Origin: the human T2T-CHM13v2.0 reference genome, Homo sapiens
Length of the DNA: 64,000 bases
NCBI RefSeq assembly: GCF_009914755.1
Contig: NC_060936.1
Direction: 5' to 3' (one strand)
Shown: positions 15,301 to 29,090 of the stretch, piece by piece
Layout of the letters: each line of letters opens with the position of its first letter
Position numbering within the stretch: the stretch's first letter is position 1
Made by a program: the position numbers and the translations under genes
Notes under the pieces: model-generated
What the model saw: only the letters and a program-made list of their open reading frames with translations
What the model was told of the DNA's origin: nothing
Databases searched by the model: none

Positions 15301-16254
15301 TCTCAATCATTGGTGATTAGATTAAATTTTAAGTTCTGTAAGATCTTTATAATACATCTTAAGTCTTTTATAAATCTTGGGTTTGAAAGTCAAATATACA
15401 TATACTTACTATGTGTGCATATACATGAATGATAAGGAACTCTGATTGTAATAGTAAAGTGTTACTTTTTTTTTTTTAATTTGATCTACGCTGCCGTGAA
15501 AACACGCACACTCATATATAGGGACAACATTTGGGTGTCTGTGGATACTGTAACCTTTTTGGCAAATGTCAAAGCTATATAGAAACTCAAATCTCATTCA
15601 AAGTATTCTTCAAAGAAGTACAATATCTCTGGACAGAAGGATCTTCTCTAATGCCCCAGAGTAATTTAGGAAGCTAAAACTCTGGCAGGTATTGCAGGTG
15701 CCAGATGAGACAACACAATCAGAATGCTCACCCTAAGGCCTCTGCCATTATTTAAAAGACATTTTCCTTCCACACAGGTAAGATAATTCTACCATACTTC
15801 CTAATTCCACCTAGAGAATTCTCAAACAATCCACAGAATTTTATTCAAATTGCCCTTATGCTCAAAATGCTAATTGATGTCTCAGCAGAGCACTGGAATT
15901 CAGTTGCTGCTCAAGGTTCCTTTGGATCTGACGTCCTCCACTGGTACCAGACCTGGGAACCAGACCTCCACCTCCCTGGTCAGGGAGGAACTATCACAGA
16001 ACTATACACCCAACAATTCATAACATGGTCAATAGGAAAACCAATTCCCTGAAATTGTGGACAGCTAGAGTTCTGGTTTTACTTAGGCACTAACTCTTGT
16101 GATTCTGGGCAAGTCCCAGAATCTCTCTGTTAAATCATTTACTTTCATACTGATGCTTCTTATATGTACTGTAAGAGTTATATACTCCCAAGTCCAGCAA
16201 AAGTATTTCCACTCCATGTTGTGCGCTCATGTGGAAAGAAAATTTTATATTTTG

Positions 16255-16428
16255 TTATGTTTTAGGTCACAGACTCCTTTGAAAATCTGATAAAATCACA
16301 TGATTTGTATCCTTTTCTCAGGAAAAAAAAAAATGCACCTGCATAGTCTTATACACAAACATTTCATGTACTTCTAGGGAGTTTCCTGATGCTAAAAGGT
16401 TCAAGGACTCAAATGAATACCCTGGTCT
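16255..16428. mobile_element. MER103-like hAT-Charlie element
   Basis: ggtcacagactcctttgaaaatctgataaaa...aaaatgcac...ccctggtcta. Confidence 0.5.
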
Positions 16429-17319
16429 ACAGTGCAAGTCCATTCTCTACTAGCAGTATAATTTGAGAAACTCTGAATTTCAGTTTCCTCATCTATAAAA
16501 TATAGTTAATGATGTCAATCTCTCTGCTGACATCTTGTAACTATTTTGAACACAAAAAAACTTTAACATCAATGTGTGTGAAAACAAGCTGGTGTTGCAC
16601 AGAACTCTGCTAACTCTCAAGTTGCTATCGATCCTTTACCCTAGTCCTTTAATGTTGTCACAGAGTATTAGTGAGTACTACCCCCATCTCACTGGCACCA
16701 TCAAGCTTTGGGAGGTGTGAGTCATCAGACATTGTTTTTAACTTAACCTGGGCCCTTGGAGACTGACTGGATGGCTGCACCGATACTGTGCCCCTTACTT
16801 CCTTTCCAGCTTTTGTTTGATTACTGATCTCTTAACACACATCGATGGAACTTAATGTACTAGCTCTGCTTTCCCTCTATGAAAACATTTGTATAGCTGG
16901 AGTTTTACATCTACCAGAATACACTTGGCTCTTCATTGGCATTAAACCTTGATCTTCACTTGAGTGCTTCTTAAAATTATTGTTTGTGGGCTCCATACTT
17001 GACATCTCTGCTCTCCTCCATTGGTGTGAATAATTACAAACAGTCTTGCTAGATCATTATTTCTATGTTATTGGCAAATAGACTAGCAAAATATAAAAGT
17101 ATAGAAAGTATCCCCGGGGTTTACACAGTGGGTGACAGAGCAAGTTAACAAAATAGGACCCAGTTCACAGTGTAACATACCTATCACTCTATTACAATTC
17201 TCCTTTCTTCCTAGAGTCTATTGAAGTCATCCTTTTATATAGCAATGGATAATAAAGATGAATGGATAATACATACATACATTTTATTTAAGGCACACAA
17301 TTTTTATCTTCCAATTTAA

Positions 17320-19770
17320 CTTTTCATTCTGAAATAATTTCAGGCTTAAAAAATGCAAAAATAGTACAGAGTGTCCATATATTCTTTACTCAGGTTCCCA
17401 CAAATTAACATATTATAGAACCAATAATACAATCATCAAAACCAAAAGATTAACATTGATACATTCATACATGATTTGATGATCTATGGCCCTCATTGAA
17501 ATATCAACAATTGACCCACTAATGTGTTTTTCTTGGACTATGAGCCAATATTTAGTTGTCATGTTTTCTTCATCTCTTTCCATCTGGGACAGTTCTTCAA
17601 TCTTTCTTTGTTTTTAATGACCTTCACACTTTTTAAGGGTCCTGCCAGGTTATTTTGTAGTATGTCCCTTTTGGGTTGTCTGATATTTCTTCGTGATTAA
17701 ATTCATGTTATGCACTTTTGGCAAGAACATGACAGAAATTACTTTTTGTGCCTTTCTCAGTGAATCATATGAGAGGCACATGATGGTGATATATCTCATT
17801 ACTGGTGATGTTAACTTTGATCATTTGTTTTAGGTGGTGTCTGCCAGGTTTTTCCACTGTAAAGTTACTACTTTCCTTTTATAATTAATAAGTATTTTGA
17901 GAGGAGATATGTTGATACTCTGTAAATATCCTATTTATCATTATATTTTCACCCACAAATTTAGCATCCATTTGATGATTCTTGCCTGAAACTATTATGA
18001 CTGTGGTGTTTACCAAATGGTGACTTTCTATTTCCATCATTCCTCTTAATTGGCATTCTTACTGTTAAGAAAGAGCTTTCTTTTCTCCCTCACTTATTTA
18101 TTTGTTCAATACTTTCTTACAACCTTATGGACTATATTGAGAATATCCTATTACTTTCATTATTTTCTTGCTCAAATGTCCCGAATTTGGAAATAGGGAG
18201 CTACTTCAGGGTGGATCCTGCGTTATTTCAATGTTTTCATCATTGTTTACTCCTTCCCTACTTTCTGGGACCAAAAGATGTTCCAGACTTTTATGACATG
18301 TTTCTGGTTCTGGCCCTGGAATCATCCATTTCTACAAGGATTCTTGGTTTCTTTTGCTAGAGAATGATATTTAGAAACCAAGAACTAGGTACCAAATGTG
18401 CTCACCACCACTGGGGTGTTAATGCTTCTAGGCCCTCTCAGCAGATAGAGCTGGGAATATTTAAATGAACACACGCATATACTCCCATTTCATTATTTGT
18501 ATATCTGTGATACATATTTTTCTTGATATCTAAGATAAAAATCTAATAACCAGGCTTCATTCTAGCCCTCTTCCTTTCTTTGACAGAGAGAAAATAGCCC
18601 TCATCCACAATCCTAGGAGACATTTGAATCAGTTTTGGAAATGCTTAATCTCACCCCTGTAAAAAATTGAATCACTCACCCATATCTTGTGAAATACAAA
18701 TATTCTGATAAGAGTACAACAGTTCTTTTTTGTTCATTTTTAAAAAATTTTAGAGTATAAACGCCAATTACTGTTTGGCAGTTACTTAGATTAGCTCTTT
18801 TTTATCCACTTCCTTCATCTGTAATTCCTAAGAATATGGTTAAGTTTTCTTGCTATTTTTTAATATTTCATGTGGGGTACCCTGAATACTCTAATTCACT
18901 TCAATTATTTACGTTTTGAGTATGTGAAATATTAACACAGTTCCAAAAATCAGAACTACACCAAAAAAGTCCATTCAGATAAATGTCACTCCCTATCACC
19001 TCTTCACTCTTGCTCCCTATTCCCATTCTCTCTATCCCCTTCCCCTGGGCCCAACTAGTGTAATTAATCAGTTTCATTAATTTCTGGTTTGTCCTTCCTA
19101 TTCTTGGTTCCAATTAGCAGATACATACATACTTTCTTATTTTACTTCCATTCCAGATGATGTTCTTCATTCTGTTTTCTTCAACTAGCCTCCTCTGCAT
19201 GAACATTTAGATAGTTTTTAATATGTTACAATTATAAACAATGTCATGATGAATAATCTTGGGTATATAGTTTTATTTTTCCATTATTATTATTATTATT
19301 AATTATTATTATTATTATTTGAGATGGACTTCCACTCTGTCGCCCAGGCTGGAGTGCAGTGGCACAATTCCGGCTCACTGCAACCTCCACCTCTTGGGTT
19401 CAAGTGATTTTCATGCCTCGGCTTCCTGAGTAACTGGGATTATGGGTGGCCACTACCATGTCTGACTAATTTTTGTATTTTTAGTAGAGACAAGGTTTTA
19501 CCATGTTAGCCAGGCTGGTCTCAAACTCCTGCCCTCAAGTGATCCACCTGCCTCAGCCTCCCAAAGTGTTAAGATTACAGGCGTGAGCTACCACCCCCAA
19601 CCCAGGCTAGTTTTAATATTGTTGATATTGTGTCTTCAGGATTAATTCCGAAAAGTGGCATTGCTGGGTCAAAAGGTTCAGTGTGTATGTAGATTTGTTT
19701 AGACATCACCAACTTCTCTCCCAAAGGCTTGTATCACTTTGCATTCCCATCAGCAATGTATGAGAATAAA
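17320..19770 (-). mobile_element. Old L1M (L1MC-like) 3' region, fragmented, interrupted by an Alu
   Basis: ttctgaaataatttcaggctt...aaaatagtacagag; ggtgatgttaactttgatc; ttgctgggtcaaaagg; gcattcccatcagcaatgtatgaga. Confidence 0.75.
19283..19603 (-). mobile_element. AluS with (AAT)n tail
   Basis: Full antisense Alu; (ATT)n at 19283-19318; flanking tagtttta on both sides. Confidence 0.9.
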
Positions 19771-20289
19771 GCCTGTGTTTCTAACTCTCCCTGAAATCAT
19801 TTTAGCAAGATGCTGAGCAGCATGTGAATGGTTAATTCATGTTTACCTCCTCTCACTGCCTATAGATATCATCTAACCATGGTGCTAACAATTAAGGAAA
19901 AGGTTTACATAAATGTAAAGGAAGAAGAACAGAAAAAACAAGGAGCTGGGAAAAAAATCACTCTTGGAAAAAAAATAGTTGGCTTTGATCACAACAGCTC
20001 AGGATGAAACTATACAGCTTAGCGTCTTCTCTTTGAAAGCTTAACAAATCAAGAAGATTTTGCAGTAATTTTTCCCATGGCCAAGATTAAGCCGTGCCTT
20101 CTTTATGTCCCCAAGATCTATACTCACATTACAACAAGTGGCATACAGTACTTAAGTTATCTGCTTAAATGCCTGTCTTGCATTAGGCTTTACACTTTTG
20201 AAGTAGACACCATATATTACTCAATATACTTATCCCAACTCCTAGCACAATGTTCAACATTGTGCTTTCCCTGATAAAATTTTGTTAAT

Positions 20290-20535
20290 AGCTCATTCAA
20301 ATATAAATGAGCATTTCCTGAGTGCTGCTTCTGTGCCAGACACCACCCCAAATATTTTACATGTATCATCTCATTACATCCTCAAAACAATCATACAAGG
20401 CTCGTGTTATTCTTATACTAATTTTATAGATGAGGAAACAAAGGCTTGACAAAGATGACAAATAACTCGTCTAAGGTGATAGATCATGATAAAAGGGAGT
20501 TGAGTGGAATGTGAACTGATGTCTGTCTCATTCCA
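20290..20535 (-). mobile_element. MIR SINE
   Basis: attttatagatgaggaaacaaaggctt antisense core. Confidence 0.7.
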
Positions 20536-23049
20536 AAGAGCAGCAGAGAGAAATAGGAACCTTCCTCATACCCATTGCATCCCACTTAGATAAGCAAGTT
20601 CTCACTCTGCCTCCTGTAAGGACAGAGCTAATTCTATATTAATTTAAGGATTTCATGCTAGTAGGAAGGCAAGAAAAGGCGGTGGCTTCAATGGTTTCCA
20701 AATAGACTCTTAAGAAAGCTTTCTGAGCTTTTTACCTTTTGGTGAACAAAGCCCTGGCTCCTCGGATACATGCACACATTTATTATACCCTTGTGACTGT
20801 GGTTTACGTACAAGCATCCTATTAAAAGAGCTTTTAAAAGACTGAAATTTGATTTCCTTTTGGACAGCAAAGGGAAAAATAAAAAGATGTTCTTTGCCCT
20901 CCTGCTCTAATCTGTGTTTGCAAGTCAAGTCTGTAGTTCTCAGAGCTCTCTCACCAGCTTGCTACATTTCCATAAATCTGTCCAAGAATACAACATTGTT
21001 CACCCAAAAATGTAATATCAACTGTAAAACACATGCACATGATACCTGGGTCCAATCTGCCCTCATTTTGTATATAAGTAAAAATAAGCGCTGCTTTAAC
21101 TCTTAGAAATGACAATATCATATTATTTAGATAAGAGCCAAAAAATCATTATTGAAATTCTGATAGCATTTGCCTTACTGGTAGAAGAAAATTACCTGTA
21201 ATACATAGTTTAAATAATTACTTTTAAACAAAAGCTTCTTTTCTGCATTGCGTATTTATCTTTTGAGACCAACTCAGCAGGACTATGTATTTTATTAAAA
21301 TTGCCTTCAGACTGCTAATGGCAGGGCGTCTGTTAGCACAGGAAAAGTGATGGCAGTTTGACTCCTATTCCTAATATTGGGAGTTAGTCCAGACACTTAA
21401 GAGCCAGAACTCTGCTGTGCATTTGACTATGTTATCAACACTTTACTTGCTAATGATACTAGTGACAGCATTTCAGTATGATGGGTCAGACTTCAACAGG
21501 AAAGCTTGTAATTACGCTTACGGAACCAAAGAAACCCCCCAAAAAACATCAACCGCCTCCCCCCAAGAATCCTTTTTATCAGCAGATCCACTGGTGTACA
21601 GCTTCGTGACTGGGAATTATTTGGTAAGCTTCTGTTCAATACTGGTTTCCTTCTCCACCTTCCACCTTGGATGGGGAGCCTCCATCAGCACCTGATCTCT
21701 CCCCATTCAGAAAATGACAACTGAAAGCTTTCCTGTGCAACTGTGTGCCAACTACCCAGCAGAAGGTCACACTGATGACTTCCCTGTGGCTTGTATTTTC
21801 CCCAGGGAAATCCACAGCCAGAGCTGACTGCTTGCCAAATAAGCTGAGTGCCACAAACCAGTAGTGCTAAGATCCTCCCATCCTTCTTGATGGGAAGCAG
21901 TAAGCAACTGTGCCGAACACCTGTGTCAGCTCCTATTTCTGGGGACACCCCAGGCAAGCACTCATTCAGCATTCAGGGAATAGGGCTCCCCTCTTCTAAC
22001 GAGCACTTCTGTCCAAAAACTTCTCAGTAGTCATATGATAATAGTTATGTTTGGCAGATCTCTGTAACATCAGTGTGTTTAACTACTGTTAAAGAGGATG
22101 ATTTAAATCATTTGTGAGTTAAATATTTTACTGTAAGCGTCTAAATGAAATCAGCAGAAAGATCCTTTTCTGTTATTGTAAAAGTAAAGGCAACATTCGC
22201 CATCACTTCCTTTTGGAGCTATCTCAACCAACTTGAGGAAATGTAGTCTGAGATGTAAATGGCATGACTCTATAGATGGATGGGATCTAAATCAATCAAT
22301 ATTTTTCCTATAACCGAGAACAATATCGCCACGTTCAACCAATGAAAATACTAGCCAAGAAATGAGATGGAGGAGAAGTCAGGCAATATAATAAGGGTGC
22401 CTGTCACAGAGTAAGACTCAGTAAGAATATATGAATGAATAAATGAATGAATACACAAACAACTTTTGATACTTCAAAAAAATCCATAATGTAGAAATGA
22501 TTATATCCTAGTGAGCCAATAAAGCCTGCATTTAGTGCTTACTGTTTGCAGACCACTCAGGAGGGCCCTGGGCAGATATTAAAGATAAATAAATGAATAA
22601 ACAAACCAAATGCTACTTCAAGACCATATAGTTTGTAAAGCAGCAAAGCTACAACTCAAACTTGAGAGTTTCTTCTATTTCCACTATTCCATGCGATCTT
22701 CAAAATTCTACATGGCATTCAGCACCCTCGTCTTGCAGGCTATCCCCTCAGTCTAGATTGCCCTTCTTCCACTAAGGAGGCAACTTTCAGCATCAAGTTT
22801 AAATTCATATAGCTGCATCGTCAACTCTCGTGCCATGTTCCAGAATCTCCAATGTGGAATACTTACTTCCTCAATATATCAGTATTGGTAACTCAAATAT
22901 AAAGACTCTCAAAACAATTCATGCCCTCTGACAAAAATTTTTAAAAAAGAATAAATCAGTAAAAACAAACTGCTTTTTGTGATTTCCTATATCTGTGAAT
23001 TGCAAGGCCTTTATTTCCATTATTCAAAGTTGAAATTGATCCCTTAGCA

Positions 23050-24290
23050 CTCTAGGAGGACATCAAACCCTATGGATTCCATCTTCAGATTTCTGCTTGT
23101 ATCTGCACCCTGGTGTTACCACTCACGCCTGACTTTCCTGAACTCTTACTTCATGATTGCATTAGTATTCTATCTTCCTTCTTATAGCCATACAGTTTAT
23201 AAATCAGTCAGCCTCAGAGTGACATCATAAGAATTAATTAATCCAAGGCACAGCCCTAATCATCACCCTACTTTCCCAAGACAAACAAAAAGTTTTAATG
23301 ACTCCCCAAGTCCTGTGGAGTTAGGACAAACCACTTAGCATAAGATTCAAAGTCTTCTTATTATTTGAACCCAACTTACCTTTATAGTCACTATTTTCCT
23401 TTTGTATCCCCTGTGTTGCATCCAAACTCAAGCCCAAGAGGAACATAAGACACCAGAGCTTTAAATATATCCTTGGCAATCTTCCCACTGTCCAACATCT
23501 CTGCTGGGCAAAATCATATGCATCCTTTAAAGCCCAGCTCAAATACTGCCTTGTCTATGGAACTTTCTCTTTTCTATGAAGCCTTATACACTGTCACCTT
23601 GTAGATCTTTTGCAGCCTTTATGGCATTGGATTTCACATCGTATTCATTTGGCTACAGCTCTTCACGCCAAATTTATTCAACACATGCTATTAGAAAGCA
23701 CTTTAAATAGTGTGTTAGGGATGAAGTGGAGAACAAGACAGGTTTACTTCCAAGTGAAAAGCAGAGGGAAGATAGTCCTTCAAAAACAACCAAAAAAATG
23801 GGGTGAGGGTTGGAAAGTCATTCATGCAGCTGAATGAAACTGAGGATGAAATAAGACAATGACTAAAAAATACCTTTTGGATTTAGCATGATAACGGTTA
23901 TTGATGATCTTAGCAAGATTTGGCATGACAGAAGCGGAAGAGTGTAGAGGATTGAGGAGGAGAAAAGAAAATGACTGCAATTTAAGATAAGGCTTTAGGG
24001 AAATTTGTACATGAAGGGAGTGGTAGCTAAAGGAAAAAGTAAAATTTAAAAAAAGTTTTTATTTGTTTTTAGATGAGAAATTTGAGCATTTAAATATTTT
24101 GCTTCTAGTAATGCAGAAGAAGTTGAAGGTACTGGAGAAGGGAATCAAAGTTTGTTGAACAGGCAATGGGTAAGCATAGGTGGAGGAACTAACTCTTATG
24201 GGAGTGGAGAATTTCCTCCACTGTCTGTGGCAGAAAGTGACAGGAATCACTGCAGACTCAAAAACAATCTTAGATGAATATGTGAAGTGG
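23050..24290. mobile_element. Two opposed L2 fragments (plus about 23050-23600, minus about 23665-24290)
   Basis: catcctttaaagcccagctcaaatactgcc; atttattcaacacatgctattag; ggatttagcatg...ttgatgatcttagcaaga. Confidence 0.55.
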
Positions 24291-24710
24291 AAGTAGGCAT
24301 GCCCTCTCCAAAAAATAATGTCAAAGAATAATTTCCTTATTTATCAGTTGAATGATAAAAATGATTCTTATTCTTATGACTGAAAAGGAAAGAATTTAGA
24401 ATAATATTTTTTAGGAAAATAATATTAAATATTCATAAGCAGGTATGTATGTATGTATTTTTGTTGCATGAATATTCTGATAGGCAAATCATGAAAATCT
24501 AAGCCTAGATAACTTAGGTAGAGTTTTAAAATAGTTTCTAATGCATTAATTAGAAATGTGAAAACTTTTTGGTAAATACTTATTTGGCAATTGAAAACTG
24601 CTGCCACAAGATTGCTAGTAGAAGGCACTCCCCACCTCCCAAATTACTTTTTAAATATTTATTTTGATTCTTCACATGATAGAAATGACACTTTTAGAAA
24701 TAATCCTTCC

Positions 24711-25063
<353 letters not shown>

Positions 25064-25859
25064 CTAATAATTTTCTGAAAATATATATGGATGTTATCCT
25101 CTGTTATTTATATGAAACCATATCCCTTATTTTCTCATTTTGTATTATAAATGGTTACTTCTAATGTAAGTAACTCTTTATTCACCCATTTTCTCTTTAT
25201 TACCTAATATGTGTACAATGGCTTGACAAATGTGAAGGAACTGCAGCAATAACAACACTGCACTTCTCCCATAGGTCATGGAGGAGGCAAACAGAGGTCA
25301 AAGATGGCAAGTCACCCAGCTAGTAAGTTTCAGAGCTGCCTCCAGAATTCATGCCTGCTAATTCATACTAAATTGATTTGTTTCAACTACTCTGTCTTTC
25401 CTGCTCATAAATAGTCTCATGGATTGGGATAATTATAATAAAAGAGTTACATAATTTTCAAACATCTTCTCTTTCAAATAGGAGATAAAATTCAGGACTT
25501 CTTTCTGGACTTACAGAAAGTTATGTGGTTAGGGTTGAAATGATAAATGGCAAACAAATGAGAAATTCAGCTGTGCCAAGTAACTAACTGAATGCACACA
25601 ATTTTTAAATATTATATATCATTATCATTAAGGTCCCTATTATAAAACAATGTTATTATACAAAGCCAAAAACCGTAATTCAAACTCAAGAGAATTCTGT
25701 GAATTAAAGACATGGAAAAGAAAAAGGATAGCTGTATTATCTAACATTAGCCCCTTGAACACAATCATCAGTCAATATCCTGGTTAGACAATGTTGCCCT
25801 AATCATTATTAAATCTATTTTTACTCATAATTTAGATTCTGTCTATAAAGGGACATTTT

Positions 25860-26400
25860 TTAAATGATGTACACAACTTGTAAGTGAGACTGATCCTTAA
25901 AACATATGAACCATAACATGCTCCTCATCTGCTAAGATTCCTTTAATGATCTCCATCTCCCTCAGAATAATAGTCAAGGTCCTATTATGGTCTACCAGGC
26001 TGTAAATGATGAACACCACTCACCCTCCATAGCGTCATCTCTCACTTGTCTGCTCCTGTCTTCCTGCCACTGCCCTTGCCATTCCTTCAACACACCAAGC
26101 ACACTCTTCATACTGACTCTTCCTGTTGAATGTACCTCTCTTCCCCCACATTTTGAAATTGTTCTCTTACTCCATTCAGTCCTCTATTCCATTCTCTCCT
26201 TATCAAAGAGCCTTTCCCTAGACAGTGTATCTGAGGAGGTATTTCAGTGTTCTCTAGTATCTCTGCTTTATTTTTCTTCTTAGTACTTATCCCCACTGAC
26301 ATACACATCAAAATCTTCACTTTATGTTTTCTTCCATAGGAATGAAAGCTCTGGGAGAGTAGGAATTTTCCTTGTATGAATAAATGAATTAATGAATGGA
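25860..26400 (+). mobile_element. L2 3' fragment
   Basis: cctttccctagac, gaatgaaagctctgggagagtagg, tail tgaataaatgaattaatgaatg. Confidence 0.6.
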
Positions 26401-27394
26401 TAATCATCTTTTTATTTCATCTAGCTAAACAGAAAACTTCTCCAGGGAAATGACTCTATCAAAAACATTTTTAAGTTCTTGATTTCTTTGAATATTAGTA
26501 TAATCCAAAGTGAAGTGTTAGTACCAATAGCATTCTTTATCAAATGATAAGTTGGCAAAATGGCAAATATGATGGTATTTTTATGTGTGTGCACAATGTA
26601 GTATACAGAATGATTTGTGTTCCATAACCTGTGAGGTAGCATAATGTAGTAGACCTGCATCATGCCAAGAAACATAGATTTAGTTCTGTTACTAATGTTC
26701 CATGTGACAGAGGAGAGTTATTTAGACTTGTGAAATAAGTTGATTGGACCAAGTTTCTTTCTGTCTCATAAGACTACAGGGATCTATGAGATGTTTGTCC
26801 CTTCCTTCTTTATTTTGCTTCCAAACATGTGAAAGCCAAACAACAAGTGTATTCAATTTAAGGCCAATATTTATATAATTGTTGGATGACAAGAACATCC
26901 ACAACGTTTAGCTTCAACTTATTTGGTTTTAATGTTTATTTCCATAATATTTGCAAACTAAAAATTTGGGAATGTTTATTATCAGAATACTCTTTATCAA
27001 AGTATCATTGAAGAGTGGTTCTTAACTCTGCAAGAATCAGTGCAGACACACTTACTTTGGCGTATCATTTTAAATACAGCTTTTTGCAGGACTCTTACCA
27101 TTTAGCTAAAAGCAGAGAGTTAAGCATATGCATTGCATGAAGATATAGTCGAAATTTATCTTCCCTTTAAGCGGGTAAGGAGTGTTCTCTCAAGGTACAT
27201 GCCAATAAAAATGTGTCCAATCCCTAATGTCCTAATGTTCATGCTAAAACATAACAAAATCTCTGAGGCATCCAGATAGAATAACTTTAAGCTTAGTTCC
27301 TTTAGGAGTAAGTCATTTTAATTGAAGAGATCTGATCACACTGAAGGACAAAGACATTTATCTCTCTGTATAATGAAAACTGAAAAAGCCACTG

Positions 27395-27469
27395 GTAGTT
27401 GTTCTACAGAAGACCTGGATGTGTAGGAGCTAAGACACACTCCAGGGGAGCTGTGGAAGCAGTAACACG
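27395..27469 (+). ncRNA. MIR920: microRNA precursor hsa-mir-920 (annotated mature GGGGAGCTGTGGAAGCAGTA at 27445-27464)
   Basis: Sequence GTAGTTGTTCTACAGAAGACCTGGATGTGTAGGAGCTAAGACACACTCCAGGGGAGCTGTGGAAGCAGTAACACG recognised; folds CCTGGA/TCCAGG, TGTGT/ACACA, TTCTACAG/CTGTGGAA. Confidence 0.9.
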
Positions 27470-28316
27470 GGAGGGGTTACAAGGAAGGAAGGATTACAAG
27501 GAAGGAGGGGACCACCAAGTCTTCACTCATAACTAAGCAATAATAGTGAGAGTTGTGAGCATTGTTGAAACAACCAAGACACTTCCCTGGACCCAGGAAT
27601 GAACACACAGCCATTAGCCACAATCATGGCAATGGGGACTTCAAAGGCCAGTGTGGCTCTAGCTTACTGAGAAACGTGACTAAAACTAACCTTGCACAAT
27701 GACTGCTGAATGCTCCCAGGAGACTCTTTGACTATTGAGATCTTTTATTTACATAGAAATTGATTTAATTAACTCTCATTTCATACATGGTAGTCAATAT
27801 TCTCTGGTTACTATTAGCGTTGGCAAACAGATTGACTCTGAAGAGTGTCAAGAGCTTTTAGAGGTGGACACCAGCACAGAGTACATGGCAGAGAAGAGAA
27901 GAAACTCGATTTTCATGACCTGGGTGCTCCTCCCTACAATTACATATTTATTAACATTCTACATGTTTTAAGAATTTGATTCTTAAAAGTCATTAAGGGA
28001 AAGTCATTAAGAAGTTTCACTTCAAAACAGTTTATACAAGGAAAAAAATATAGAAAAAATATAAATTCAGGCATCTATGTAACTTATGTAAGATTTTGTT
28101 TCTATTCTTGATAGTTTTTAAATTATTTTCATCTTCAAACTATAAAAGGAAGATGCCCAAATGCTCAACTTCTTACATTATTAGAGTATTATTCATAATT
28201 TGCAAACCAAGAACAACTCAAGCACATGGAAGAAATAAGCAAGTGGCAAGAGATTTGAGAATTGTAAAACTGATGGCAAAAGAATGACCAGCAAATGGTA
28301 ATGTAAATGTCCTGAC

Positions 28317-28391
28317 CTGCTGAGTCTCCCAGTCCAATCTCTCCCACTCCCGGTGTCCTGATGTCCTTGATATTATCTATTTCTTGAAATG
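28317..28391 (-). other. SOX5: SOX5 non-coding 5'-UTR exon (75 nt)
   Basis: Minus strand reads long pyrimidine tract-(T)20-AG|CATTTCAAGA...GACTCAGCAG|GTCAGG; no ATG in the exon; length and position about 850 bp from MIR920 match my recollection of the last untranslated exon of the long SOX5 isoform. Confidence 0.85.
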
Positions 28392-28998
28392 CTAAAAAAA
28401 AAAAAAAAAAAAAGAAAAAGAAAAAGGAAGAAAAATTGAAACAAAGAAAGAAAATATTAAGTGAGAAATCAGAGTAATTCCAAATAAATAAAAAAATTGA
28501 AAATGATAAAGATAGTTAAATGAGATTTCTATTGCAAAATGTTGGAAAAAATATTAAGTACTTTCATTATAATAATTTTTTTTTTTTCTAGACCAGATTC
28601 ATAGCCATAAAACAACATCAGACTCATACGACTGTGCTAGTTAGTGGCTAATGAATGAAAAATCAATGAAAAACTAAACAATTTTTATTAATGACATTTC
28701 AAGATACAGCGACAACTGAAATGTAAAAATATGAACTAATTATTTTGGAGCCATATTAATTAAATCACTTAAAAGTCATCATATGATTAATTCAGCCATG
28801 TGAGCATGCATGTGTGATGCACAAACTCACTCACACAAGTGTGTGTGTATAGCCTGAAGTGATCCTAAGCCTAGTTTTACTGAGACAATTACAACCATTT
28901 TTTATAGTCCATGATAGTTTAAAATATATATATATATAATGTAATATTACTTAGAGCTACAATACTTTACGCAAAACATTCTAACGGGCACTGAAATG

Positions 28999-29090
28999 TA
29001 TGGAATACATATGTGTATAAATTTATAGAATAAAACTTATGGAATACATGTATATGTATAAATTTATGAAATAAAATTTATAGAATACAT
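28999..29090. repeat. AT-rich tandem repeat of about 40 bp, about 2.3 copies
   Basis: tatggaatacat...tataaatttat...ataaaa unit repeated. Confidence 0.8.

Noticed and set aside
28317-28391. Possible N-terminal extension or uORF start in the SOX5 leader exon
   Set aside because: No ATG in the exon; the frame expected to join the downstream ATG (assuming the next exon starts GATG, from memory) contains TAA
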